The notes: generated from the sequence alone by a model not told the origin. A DNA stretch of 64,000 bases from Patescibacteria group bacterium (GCA_041661385.1 JBAZUP010000002.1:78670-142669); one strand, 5' to 3'; positions 37,118 to 45,948 are shown, counted from the first letter of the stretch. Made by a program: numbers and translations.

Positions 37118-37192
37118 TCCGGGATAGTTGAGTGGTACAACGCCACGCTGTTAACGTGGATATCCTAGGTTCGAATCCTAGTCCCGGAGCCA
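37118..37192 (+). tRNA. tRNA-Asn (GTT), CCA encoded
   Basis: Acceptor tccggga/tcccgga, anticodon stem ccacg/cgtgg with loop ctGTTaa, T-arm ctagg-ttcgaat-cctag. Its 3' end overlaps the recombinase stop region. Confidence 0.85.
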
Positions 37193-38677
37193 AGTAGGAT
37201 AAAGGGTTTTTTCGGCGAAAATACGCCAGCCCCTTTTGGCCAAGAATTCAAATTTTTTGCCTTTCACCGTAAAGTTCGAGCCGACATTTTTTAGAAAGGT
37301 ACGAATTTCATTGAGATCGCCTGCACGGGCGATTTTTTTGGCTTCACAACTGGATAAAATAAATTCCCTCATCGGTTCGAGCCAATTAGCGCCCTTGTTA
37401 TTAATTTCTTTCAATTTGCCTTCAGCTACCATTTTTTGATTCAGCAGTTTTTCTTTCTTTGTCAAATAATCGGCTTTATCTATTGTGCTGTCAAGATGCG
37501 AATCGAGCAATTTATCCATTTTTCCCTTTATTGCCGTTATTTGGCCTTCTAAGGCAACTACAAGGGCGCTGGATGCTTGTTTATTTGATTCCGCATCATT
37601 ATCTAGTTTAGCAAGCATCTGCTCGCCCAGGTCATCAGGTAAAGAAACTTTTTGCAAAACCTCTTTCAGCTGTTCGGCCAGCGCTTCTTCACGAATATAT
37701 TTTTCCTCGCATGTTCCTATTTTCTTGGTACAGCGATAGTACACATGACCCTTTTGTCTTTCAGCCGTTATATAGCAACCACACGAACCACATTTCATCA
37801 AACTGCAAAAAATATATTCGTGTTTCTTAATTTTGTGGGGCCGACCACGGTTTTGCATTATTGTTTGCACTTCGTCAAAAAGTTTCTTGGTAATCATTGG
37901 CTCGTGTTTTCCCTCGTGCAATTCGCCGTTGTATTTAAACACGCCAGAGTAAAAAGGATTTTTGAGAATTGATTGAAGTACGCTTACTGATAGTTTACTA
38001 TTGCTTTGGGTGCGTAGTCCTAAATCATTAAATTTTTCCGCAAGGACTTTTAAAGGATATTCACCAGTCGCGTACAATTCAAAAATCCTTTTTACAAGTT
38101 TATGCTTTGTCTTATCAATAAACATGGTGTGGTTTTTGAGATCATTCAAATACCCAAACGGCGCGCGGCCAGGGCATTCACCTCGGCGCAATTTTTGGCG
38201 CAAACCCCGTTTTACATTCTCGGAAAGATTATCAATGAAATATTTACTCTGGCCGAAAGCAATATTAAGCATAAACTTGCCTTGGGGCGTGTTTTCGAAC
38301 CAAAAAGTCGGAAATTTGAGGGAATTTATTTTTCCGGTGTCCACCAGGTAAATTATTTGTCCGCCGTCGATTGGATTACGAGCCAAACGATCAGGATGCC
38401 AAGCCAAAATGCCGTCGGCCTTTCCGCTATTGATAATTCGTAACATTTCACCGAACACAGTTCGGCCAGGCTGTTTGGCAGTTTTTGCCTCGCAAAGCGA
38501 GGTGACGATTTCAAGTTTTTCCTTTACGGCAAATTCTTTTAACTCGGCCAGTTGTGCGTCAATCGATAATACTTGTCGCTCTTCCTCGTCGGTCGATTTA
38601 CGAGCGTACAAAATGTATTTGGCCATACGATTATCAATTATATTTAGAAAAGTTTGTTTTTGGCGTCGTGCGACCAC
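37178..38677 (-). CDS. large serine recombinase (resolvase catalytic domain + recombinase domain + zinc ribbon + coiled coil)
   Basis: YARKSTDEEERQ...SIDAQ resolvase-type catalytic N-terminus (likely true start MAKYILYARKST, about 38626). CGSCG...C zinc ribbon. C-terminal coiled coil. Confidence 0.85.
   Translation of the reverse strand: MVARRQKQTFLNIIDNRMAKYILYARKSTDEEERQVLSIDAQLAELKEFAVKEKLEIVTSLCEAKTAKQPGRTVFGEMLRIINSGKADGILAWHPDRLARNPIDGGQIIYLVDTGKINSLKFPTFWFENTPQGKFMLNIAFGQSKYFIDNLSENVKRGLRQKLRRGECPGRAPFGYLNDLKNHTMFIDKTKHKLVKRIFELYATGEYPLKVLAEKFNDLGLRTQSNSKLSVSVLQSILKNPFYSGVFKYNGELHEGKHEPMITKKLFDEVQTIMQNRGRPHKIKKHEYIFCSLMKCGSCGCYITAERQKGHVYYRCTKKIGTCEEKYIREEALAEQLKEVLQKVSLPDDLGEQMLAKLDNDAESNKQASSALVVALEGQITAIKGKMDKLLDSHLDSTIDKADYLTKKEKLLNQKMVAEGKLKEINNKGANWLEPMREFILSSCEAKKIARAGDLNEIRTFLKNVGSNFTVKGKKFEFLAKRGWRIFAEKTLYPTWLRD
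37187..37263. repeat. IR-A left copy (77 bp). It includes the tRNA-Asn 3' end and the recombinase 3' end.
   Basis: Reverse complement matches 38681-38757 (gagccaagtaggataaagggttttttcggcgaaaatacgccagccccttttggccaagaattcaaattttttgcctt). Confidence 0.8.
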
Positions 38678-38680
38678 GAC

Positions 38681-38757
38681 AAGGCAAAAAATTTGAATTC
38701 TTGGCCAAAAGGGGCTGGCGTATTTTCGCCGAAAAAACCCTTTATCCTACTTGGCTC
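38681..38757. repeat. IR-A right copy (inverted), just upstream of the recombinase start
   Basis: Reverse complement of 37187-37263. Explains the shared peptide KKFEFLAKRGWRIFAEKTLYPTWL in two track ORFs. Confidence 0.8.
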
Positions 38758-38853
38758 GGAATGTACGAAAGAATACGAACGGAATTTACGGAATAGGGCG
38801 AGCGGAAGGAGGGGTTTGGGGAGGAATTCCGCCCGCCCACTGGCGCGCTTTTT
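38754..38853. repeat. IR-B left copy (100 bp)
   Basis: Reverse complement matches 44089-44188 with one mismatch (gctcggaatgtacgaaagaatacgaacggaatttacggaatagggcgagcggaaggaggggtttggggaggaattccgcccgcccac...). Confidence 0.8.
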
Positions 38854-38992
38854 AAAAACTGCCAAACAGCCTGAAAAAATGTCGGCTCAAACTTTACGGT
38901 GGCCAAAAGCAAACTTTTCTTTTCTCTGCGCTTGCCCCACCCGCCCGTTGCGCGCGCAGCGGGGTAGGAACTCCCTTTATAAATACTGAATA

Positions 38993-41242
38993 CTACACGT
39001 CAAATATAATATTCTCCTGCGCTTTGGCGTAAATATCAAGTCTATTTTTTAAATCGATTCTATTGACCAACCAACCCTGTAATTCGCACTGGTGGATAAA
39101 ATCATTAATTCTATTAATACCATATATTTCTTTTAGGGTTACCACGAGGCCAAACTTAATACCATCTCCATCTCTCGTGCCAAGTCTTTCTTTTGTTTTA
39201 ACACTTATCCCCCACATGCTATTATCATATGCTTTCCTAGGTAATAATTTTTCGCCAAATGTTTCCTGTATGTGTTTAGTATTGTCCCACTTGCGAAAAA
39301 ATTTTCTTGCGTCACCCTCATACATATAATGTGACTCGCCGTCGTCAACGCTTTGAGTGTTTCTGTTTATTGTCTTAATACCTTTTGTGTGAACCCTTCC
39401 AAGATACACATCCAGTTCGGTATTGGTATAATCTACTCCTTGGTTTATCGAACATTTGGGAAAATAACAGAGTGTAGCTTTTGCTACAAAGGGATATTTT
39501 TTATCATCAATAGGAACAGGAAGTTTGTAGTTGTATGTGTCATACATCTCTGAAACACCATTGATAATAAACCTTATCTCGTCATCGGGTGATTTAATTA
39601 TATCTTCTATGCGTTTCGGTACTATTCCATGGCCAATTAGTGCTGCAAGTCTTTGGTCGCACGCTTTATTACTCCATCCGGAAGCAGAATCCACAATTAA
39701 GGCTTTGGCTGTCTCTCTACTAAGACCCAAGACCTCGATTAGATATGCAACTTTTCTAGTTATCCAAGGTGCCGCAAAAGAAGTTCCCGTGCGAAGACCT
39801 TCACCGTTTGGTTCGCAAACTCGAATAAAATCTTCAGTAATCATATCACCCCCATAGCTACAGACATCTGGCTTGTTAAAAAATGACAAAACCAGCCCTT
39901 TTCTAGAATAAGAGGCGGGTGTATTTGTGCTGTTTACAGAATTGACCACTATCGAGTTTATGGAATCTGCTGGAGCGCCTATTCTTCTTTCGGTCTTAGG
40001 GTCTCTATTGTTGGTTCCCGCGATAATAAAAATTATATCTTTTTCGTATTGAATTTTGTCGAGTATGGCAGCTTCTGGCGATATTGAATTCAGGTTAATT
40101 TCGTTATCTGATCCCAAAGACAAGTTCCACACTTTAATGTCAGGGTTTGCTTCAACAATTTCTTCTATTAATTTCATAATTGTGAAGGCGCTGTACTGAC
40201 CCTTGGCTGCAACGCCAAAGTGCCGTACCTTAAACCTACCACAACCATCGTCGAGATCGGGGTTAATAACCGGTCCGTCCACAATAATAGAACTTATTGC
40301 CGTTCCGTGTTCATAGTCCTTTTGATCAAGTGGAATTTCATCATCGATCATTTTTTTGAATTTAACCCACTCAGAAAAATAAACCCTCGTATCAAACATG
40401 GTATCAATAACACCTATAGTTGGTTCATTATTTGGAGAATCAATAATATGACTATTTTTCTGGACCGTCTCGCTCAAAACATCATCATAACTTAATTTGG
40501 ATATATCCTCCGTTGCCATCGCTATAAGGTAAGGGGCTTTTTCCGTTAGGATTGTGATTTGAGGTGGCCTTAAGAGCATGGTGGTGTCACTGATCACTCT
40601 TTCTTCGGGGACATCAATGCCAATTTTTTGTAAAATTGTAATTGCATCAGCACTAGTTTTATAAATAGTTATAATTGATTGATTCTTTGTATTGATTCTG
40701 TTATCTGGAATTCCGAACCCTTCTACATAGTGCGAATCCGCAATAATATTGCAAAACGTTGATCGAGTAAGTCCATACTTATTAAATTCTATACCAAAAC
40801 TTCCAAGCTTTTCGAGCCCGTCAGCATCAATACTTCCTTTGAACTCGATGTTAAGTAATATGATACTTTTACTTAATTTTTCGATTGTATCATCAATTAT
40901 ATCGCCATGAACAAAATGAGTAATGATGTGTTTTTTTTCTCGGTCGCTGTCTGAGAATCTTGCGCCAACAACTGTGCTATTTGCGTGCATTTGACCTTTA
41001 GAAAAAAAGCCACTGATTCTATTACTTTTCGCCACAACGGTCGTGTACCTAACATCAATAAGGGCCCCACCAAGAACCTTCTCTTTTTTCCAATATTCTC
41101 CAAGTTGTTCCAGCCCCACTGACAGCGTCGTCAAATATTTAGATGTTACAGGAGGTGCGTTTTTTGGAATATTGCGAAATCCCGGCCTGTTTTTACTTGG
41201 CCGCTGCTGAAAGGAACCTTTTAACTGAAGTAGGTCATTCAT
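38993..41242 (-). CDS. S8-family subtilisin-like serine protease with N- and C-terminal extra domains (IetS-like)
   Basis: Catalytic triad contexts: IGVIDTMFD (Asp), HGTAISSII (His), GTSFAAPWITR (Ser). 749 aa, no signal peptide. Follows the AAA ATPase with a 3-nt gap. Confidence 0.8.
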   Translation of the reverse strand: MNDLLQLKGSFQQRPSKNRPGFRNIPKNAPPVTSKYLTTLSVGLEQLGEYWKKEKVLGGALIDVRYTTVVAKSNRISGFFSKGQMHANSTVVGARFSDSDREKKHIITHFVHGDIIDDTIEKLSKSIILLNIEFKGSIDADGLEKLGSFGIEFNKYGLTRSTFCNIIADSHYVEGFGIPDNRINTKNQSIITIYKTSADAITILQKIGIDVPEERVISDTTMLLRPPQITILTEKAPYLIAMATEDISKLSYDDVLSETVQKNSHIIDSPNNEPTIGVIDTMFDTRVYFSEWVKFKKMIDDEIPLDQKDYEHGTAISSIIVDGPVINPDLDDGCGRFKVRHFGVAAKGQYSAFTIMKLIEEIVEANPDIKVWNLSLGSDNEINLNSISPEAAILDKIQYEKDIIFIIAGTNNRDPKTERRIGAPADSINSIVVNSVNSTNTPASYSRKGLVLSFFNKPDVCSYGGDMITEDFIRVCEPNGEGLRTGTSFAAPWITRKVAYLIEVLGLSRETAKALIVDSASGWSNKACDQRLAALIGHGIVPKRIEDIIKSPDDEIRFIINGVSEMYDTYNYKLPVPIDDKKYPFVAKATLCYFPKCSINQGVDYTNTELDVYLGRVHTKGIKTINRNTQSVDDGESHYMYEGDARKFFRKWDNTKHIQETFGEKLLPRKAYDNSMWGISVKTKERLGTRDGDGIKFGLVVTLKEIYGINRINDFIHQCELQGWLVNRIDLKNRLDIYAKAQENIIFDV

Positions 41243-41245
41243 AAA

Positions 41246-42283
41246 CTACCCCCTAAGATCTCGTGATATCTGACTTTTTGATATTCCTGTGAGCATCTCC
41301 ATATCCCTAACAGAGAAGCCCTCCCTTTGTAAGTATTTTAAATCCGTTTTCTTATTCTTTGAATCGATAGATTCGTACAATTTTTTTAGATAGTCGAACT
41401 CATTGTTTGGATCACTAAATGCGAGCGAGGTTTTTATAATATTTTTTAGCTCACCGGGGTATGGCATTTCATCCATTAATGAAATAATTTTTTTAAACAA
41501 TCGCATATTGCGACCTGCAAATTTAAACTTTACTAAAAAATCATTAAGTATTGATTCAGCAACTTCAATTAAGTCGTTTCGACTGTATCTATTGAAGTTA
41601 ATGGTGGAATCGAATCTTCTGACTAATGCTTTATCAAATTTAATATAAAGGTTAGTCGTGGCAATAAGGATGGTACTAGCACTTAGACTGTCTAAACCCT
41701 TTAGCACCGACGATGTTACACGTCCCATTTCCCGTAAGTCGTTGGAATTTATCCTATCAAGAGCAATTGCATCTATTTCGTCAAAAAGTACGATCATCTT
41801 TTCTGGGTGGGGAAGTTCTTTTAGCTCTTTAAAGATAGTAACAATATTTTTTGATGTTTGACCAAGTTTGCTATCAATAACATTTTCAAAATCAACTGCA
41901 AACAACTCCCGCTCAAGTATTCTAGCTACTTGCTTGGCGGTCTCAGTCTTTCCTGTCCCAGGCTCGCCCTCAAACAAAAACTTATTTATTCCCGCGTTAT
42001 GACCTATTGAATTAATAATCCCTAAAATATCATTCTTGATTGGGGTGGGAAGTGGAAGAGCGCCTCCTGACAGACTTATTTTGGTCAAAAAAGGAAAATT
42101 TTGTTCGTTGTCTTGTGGTACGAATGTATTCGTGCCGGATAATAGCGCCATTATATATTCAGCAAGCTGCTGGTCGCCGTTTGCGTCAAAATATCGAGCT
42201 ATACTATAAGCTTCATTTCTAAAAGCCCCATCGTTTTTTTCTGCGTGATATTTTATTAAATTTAATATATTTTTTTTTCGCAT
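41246..42283 (-). CDS. AAA+ ATPase (IetA-like)
   Basis: Walker A GEPGTGKT, Walker B IVLFDEID, second region of homology ALVRRFD. Confidence 0.8.
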   Translation of the reverse strand: MRKKNILNLIKYHAEKNDGAFRNEAYSIARYFDANGDQQLAEYIMALLSGTNTFVPQDNEQNFPFLTKISLSGGALPLPTPIKNDILGIINSIGHNAGINKFLFEGEPGTGKTETAKQVARILERELFAVDFENVIDSKLGQTSKNIVTIFKELKELPHPEKMIVLFDEIDAIALDRINSNDLREMGRVTSSVLKGLDSLSASTILIATTNLYIKFDKALVRRFDSTINFNRYSRNDLIEVAESILNDFLVKFKFAGRNMRLFKKIISLMDEMPYPGELKNIIKTSLAFSDPNNEFDYLKKLYESIDSKNKKTDLKYLQREGFSVRDMEMLTGISKSQISRDLRG

Positions 42284-42536
42284 ATTTTCCTTTTATTTTT
42301 ATTCTAACACACCAGGGACGCATTTACAAGAAAATGGGACACAAACATAAAATCGACTACATTTCGCGAATAAGATAGGGCTTTTGACTTATTGTTTATT
42401 TCGGCGTATAATTATGCGACCACATTTTGGAGAAAGCGGTTTGTTAAGCAAAATATTGTTAATAAACCGAGTTTCCTAAAAAGAAACTCCTTTGTGCAAT
42501 GATGCATGAAGCCGAAACGAAGAAAGGGAAACACCA

Positions 42537-43475
42537 ATGCACCGTTCACTGTTGTTTGTTGTTCTCTTCATCACGGCCGTCGCAGTCGGCTGTGGTCGGC
42601 AGGGTTCGCCGGATGTGGCACAGGACCTTGGTGGCGCAAGCGCCTTCAAGGCTGTGCAGAATCTCAACCCCGGCCTCACCATCTACAAGGCATCCGGAGG
42701 CGAGCTCCGCGGAAGCTATCGCGCCAACAACAGCGCGATCCACTTCCAAGCCTTGCGCGGAGAGAATCTTGTGCTCGGCGTCAACACGGTCGATCCGGAT
42801 GCTCCCGCCTACGCCGTTTCCGTCCGGATCATCGACCAGGAAGGAAACCCTGTTGCGATCGCCATCGGCGATAGCGATGAAAGGATTTCCGCCTGGCAGG
42901 AGAAAGTGGAGGGACTCGGCACGGGTTCCAACCCCGACCTCAGTGAAACCTTCGTGCTCGCGCAGGAGGCCACAGATGTCCTGTCCCAGACCGTGACGAG
43001 CGGATTCGACGAGGAGATCAAGACCTTGAAGCGACGCAGCTTCACAGCTGCACCCGTCGCAAACGCACCCGGCCAGTCGAGCAAGATGCAGGCGCTTTCC
43101 TCGACGTGGAGGTACTGGCTCCGGATGTTCCGGAAGGATGCCAACTTCAACGGCAACTTCGCCGATCACTCCGCCGTCATCGTGAATGTGACCAAGCCAG
43201 ACGGAACGATCCTGAACTACGTCACCTGCAACCACGGTACCTGCGCGGACGATCCGTCCATGCAGTTCCGGTGTCAGAACACGGTCTACCCGGCAAGCCA
43301 GCGTCCGTTCGCGATCTTGCCGTGCGATTCGGTTTCTTCCTATGGCTTCTTCTCGGGCCAACACGTCTGCAACGATGATACTCTGGTGCAAGTCAACATG
43401 GTCGTGTACGGCAATAGCAGTCTCACGACCTGCACCGACTCGTCGTTGCGCCTCTGGGCACCTTCTTGCAGCTAG
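42537..43475 (+). CDS. GC-rich islet: secreted lipoprotein (312 aa)
   Basis: Lipobox LFITAVAVGCG, SD gaaagggaaa upstream. GC-rich block 42480-43545. 15-bp perfect hairpin gatgtcggcgctcgc...gcgagcgccgacatc after the stop. The minus-strand 310-aa Arg-rich ORF is an antisense artefact. Confidence 0.55.
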   Translation: MHRSLLFVVLFITAVAVGCGRQGSPDVAQDLGGASAFKAVQNLNPGLTIYKASGGELRGSYRANNSAIHFQALRGENLVLGVNTVDPDAPAYAVSVRIIDQEGNPVAIAIGDSDERISAWQEKVEGLGTGSNPDLSETFVLAQEATDVLSQTVTSGFDEEIKTLKRRSFTAAPVANAPGQSSKMQALSSTWRYWLRMFRKDANFNGNFADHSAVIVNVTKPDGTILNYVTCNHGTCADDPSMQFRCQNTVYPASQRPFAILPCDSVSSYGFFSGQHVCNDDTLVQVNMVVYGNSSLTTCTDSSLRLWAPSCS

Positions 43476-43609
43476 CAAGTCGGCCTAACCAGTAGGCGAT
43501 CACAAAGGATGTCGGCGCTCGCTCCTCGCGAGCGCCGACATCGCAACTTTTACACATATTTGTTATAATACCCACATATTTATAATAATACTTATTTATA
43601 ATAATACTT

Positions 43610-44047
43610 ATGAAAAATATTATATTATCTCCAGTGCCCTTTAAAAAAATAATTACTATTTTTTTTGCTGGCTTAGTTGGTGCCTTGATATTTGGCTTAC
43701 TATTTGGTTTGGTCGGTTTATTGTTTGCCAACAATCTCGGGTTTAAGGTCGCTATTGGTTCAGAAGAATTAACTATGGGAGCAAGCGCGATATTTTACTG
43801 TCTTCTTAGTACGCCTTTTGGCGCAATGTTTGGTGTTTGGATTGCCTCTAAGATGGCAGGTTATAAATCTAATTATTTGTATTATTTTTTAACGACTTTA
43901 TTTTTAGTTGTTATTGGTCTATTTTTTAGAGACTATTTTAATTTGTTTGCATTTGTGGCATATGCCGCTGTCTGTTCAATTACCCTAACAGCTGTAATTA
44001 ATTATTTTGCTAAAATTAAATCGCAAAATGTATCTACTCAGAAGTAA
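43610..44047 (+). CDS. small polytopic membrane protein
   Basis: Four hydrophobic helices, AT-rich native composition. Lies inside the IR-B-bounded segment. Confidence 0.5.
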   Translation: MKNIILSPVPFKKIITIFFAGLVGALIFGLLFGLVGLLFANNLGFKVAIGSEELTMGASAIFYCLLSTPFGAMFGVWIASKMAGYKSNYLYYFLTTLFLVVIGLFFRDYFNLFAFVAYAAVCSITLTAVINYFAKIKSQNVSTQK

Positions 44048-44088
44048 TAATTTTGTAAGTCTAGTTAAAGGAAAAACTTGAAATCGTC

Positions 44089-44188
44089 AAAAAGCGCGCC
44101 GGTGGGCGGGCGGAATTCCTCCCCAAACCCCTCCTTCCGCTCGCCCTATTCCGTAAATTCCGTTCGTATTCTTTCGTACATTCCGAGC
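44089..44188. repeat. IR-B right copy (inverted)
   Basis: Reverse complement of 38754-38853. Confidence 0.8.
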
Positions 44189-44214
44189 AAATACAAAAAA
44201 GCACCCTAAAATGG

Positions 44215-44357
44215 GTGTTTTTTTGTATTTTGTTTTGCGTCTGGATTCGAACGGAAGATGGTAATAAACGAAGTTTCTTACTTGCCGAGGAAAGTCCACG
44301 AAAACCCGAAGGTTGTCGTGAGAGAGAACGAAGTGAGCGCATTCGAATAGCCAAGCG
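44215..44357 (+). repeat. tRNA-3'-adjacent structured element, copy C (next to the tRNA-Asn 3'-end repeat)
   Basis: Inverted T-loop copy ctggattcgaacgg (44241-44254). Core cttgccgaggaaagtccacgaaaacccgaaggttgtcgtgagagagaacgaagtgagcg (44281-44339) is about 95% identical to 60165-60232. Followed by cctagtcccggagc. Confidence 0.6.
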
Positions 44358-44371
44358 CCTAGTCCCGGAGC
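44358..44371 (+). repeat. direct repeat of the tRNA-Asn 3' end (putative attR core)
   Basis: cctagtcccggagc is identical to 37177-37190. A degenerate third copy tctagtcctggggc sits near 44685. A hairpin terminator follows at 44372-44404. Confidence 0.6.
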
Positions 44372-44759
44372 ATAATAAATAAGCACACCATAATGGTGTG
44401 CTTATTTATTATGATTCAAAGGTTGGATTCGTTTTATTTTATAATATTGCTATAATTAACGTATAATGAAAGTCAAATTATGAAAAAATACCATAGACGA
44501 ATACTATATTCTATTTTCGCAATAGTATTTGGTGTGTTTATGTTTATATATGGTGGGTACGATGACAGTCCGGGTGGGCAAGGATTGGGGCTATTACTAA
44601 TTATTATTGGTATTGTTGGATTAGTAAAAAACAAAAAAATATCTTCGTAAAGCTAGTAAAATGAGCACGTTTGAATAGTGAAGCGTCTAGTCCTGGGGCT
44701 AATAAAAATATTGACAAAGTGCTAATTTAGTGCTATTTATAAGACAAGGAGGCAAAATC

Positions 44760-44960
44760 ATGGATTTTTCCTGGGAAACCAAATCATCGCCGGTCATTTT
44801 GCTGGCGGTAGCAATTCTCGGACCTGTAATCTTGTTAGGGTTCGTGATCATCGGACCAATTCATCTGGTTCTTCGCATGTTCGGGAGGCGCGGTTTCTAC
44901 ACCTTGAAGAACGGAGTAACCCATACCTGGTCCCTCGAGGGCGCCCTCGAACCGCGATGA
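44760..44960 (+). CDS. GC-rich islet: small membrane protein (66 aa)
   Basis: SD aaggagg 8 nt upstream of ATG 44760. One TM segment (PVILLAVAILGPVILLGFVIIGPI). Palindromic hairpin gagctcg...cgagctc after the stop. Confidence 0.4.
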   Translation: MDFSWETKSSPVILLAVAILGPVILLGFVIIGPIHLVLRMFGRRGFYTLKNGVTHTWSLEGALEPR

Positions 44961-45079
44961 AGTTTCTCCATTTGAGCTCGTTTCGACCATCGTGTCGGAG
45001 CGAGCTCTTCTATTAATAATTACCTTTCTTAATTACAATGAGGTATAATTATTTAAACTAAATTTAAATTATAATTTAT

Positions 45080-45451
45080 ATGGAAATTACAATTTTTTTA
45101 GCAAAATTTTGGGGGAGCCTTTTTATGATCCTAGGCGTCATGTCTATTGGTGCAAAATTGTTGGGAAGAATTATAGAGTATACAGAAGAAAGAGCTGTTA
45201 CTGTATCGACGGGTTATATTACTTTTTTGTTGGGACTTGCTACCGTTGTCGCTCATAATGTTTGGGTGATGGACTCGCGGGTTGCTATTACAATTTTGGG
45301 CTGGGTTACTTTATTCAAAGGAATTGAAAAAATTGGATTTCCTGATCGTGTTAATAAAAAAGCCCAAATTTTTAAGGGGAATCAAATGCTCTGGGGTGGA
45401 GTTATATTCCTAATTGGCGTTTTCTTTTTCTGGATGAGTTTTAGCTATTAA
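45080..45451 (+). CDS. hypothetical membrane protein (4 TM)
   Basis: Hydrophobic helices throughout. AT-rich native composition. Confidence 0.5.
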   Translation: MEITIFLAKFWGSLFMILGVMSIGAKLLGRIIEYTEERAVTVSTGYITFLLGLATVVAHNVWVMDSRVAITILGWVTLFKGIEKIGFPDRVNKKAQIFKGNQMLWGGVIFLIGVFFFWMSFSY

Positions 45452-45470
45452 TTTTTTAAGCATATTTATT

Positions 45471-45860
45471 ATGGAAAAAACCGCCAGAAAACTTGCTATA
45501 TTGAATATCGTGATAATTTTAATTCTGACCGTGCTAGAATTTCCTGCTCCGATTGGTTTTGAAGTTCGTCCTCAGAATAACGTGTCGATTTATTGGCTGA
45601 TATCTTTTCTCACAATTTTGCTTTCAGAAATAACTGCTATTTTTCTTCTTTTTAAAAGAAAAATTTTGGGAGCAAGATTGGCAATCTTGGCTGGGGTATT
45701 AAATATTTTTCAAATCATTGCTGACCAGGCTCATTTAATGCAGCCAGAAATAGCCCCGCTCGGATATCTTATACTCGAGGATTCTGTGGGGGTTTTTTCG
45801 ATTATATTAATATTTCTCTCGCTAAGAATTTTAAAACCAAACAAGCTTGAATCTGTATAA
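45471..45860 (+). CDS. hypothetical membrane protein
   Basis: Three or four hydrophobic helices. Confidence 0.5.
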   Translation: MEKTARKLAILNIVIILILTVLEFPAPIGFEVRPQNNVSIYWLISFLTILLSEITAIFLLFKRKILGARLAILAGVLNIFQIIADQAHLMQPEIAPLGYLILEDSVGVFSIILIFLSLRILKPNKLESV

Positions 45861-45948
45861 GGATGTAAAATAACAAAAAGCAACTTAATATGGAGTTGTT
45901 TTTTTTCGGTCAGTATTGTAAACTTCTAATGTTTTAATACTATATTAT

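Larger units (their letters stand above)
37118..44371. mobile_element. integrated element at tRNA-Asn (serine recombinase plus inverted-repeat-bounded cargo, tRNA 3'-end direct repeat at far edge)
   Basis: tRNA 3' segment cctagtcccggagc (37177-37190) is repeated at 44358-44371. The recombinase gene abuts and overlaps the tRNA. Nested inverted repeats bound the recombinase and the cargo. Confidence 0.6.

Noticed and set aside
38554-38989. ORFs 38554..38796, 38654..38989 and 44061..44354 / 44087..44386
   Set aside because: They are translations of the IR-A/IR-B inverted repeats and the tRNA-adjacent repeat element. The shared peptides merely reflect DNA repeats.
42499-43478. Alternative ORFs in the 42.5-43.5 kb GC block (42499..42996+, 42506..42874+, 42546..43478-)
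   Set aside because: These are Arg-rich antisense or out-of-frame artefacts. 42537..43475 (+) has SD, lipoprotein signal and terminator.
44270-44345. RNase P RNA (rnpB) at the GAGGAAAGUCC-containing repeat copies
   Set aside because: Elements are only about 100-165 nt and lack the other universal RNase P regions (P4 3' strand, P10-12, CR-II/III). Three divergent copies are also inconsistent with a single-copy rnpB.
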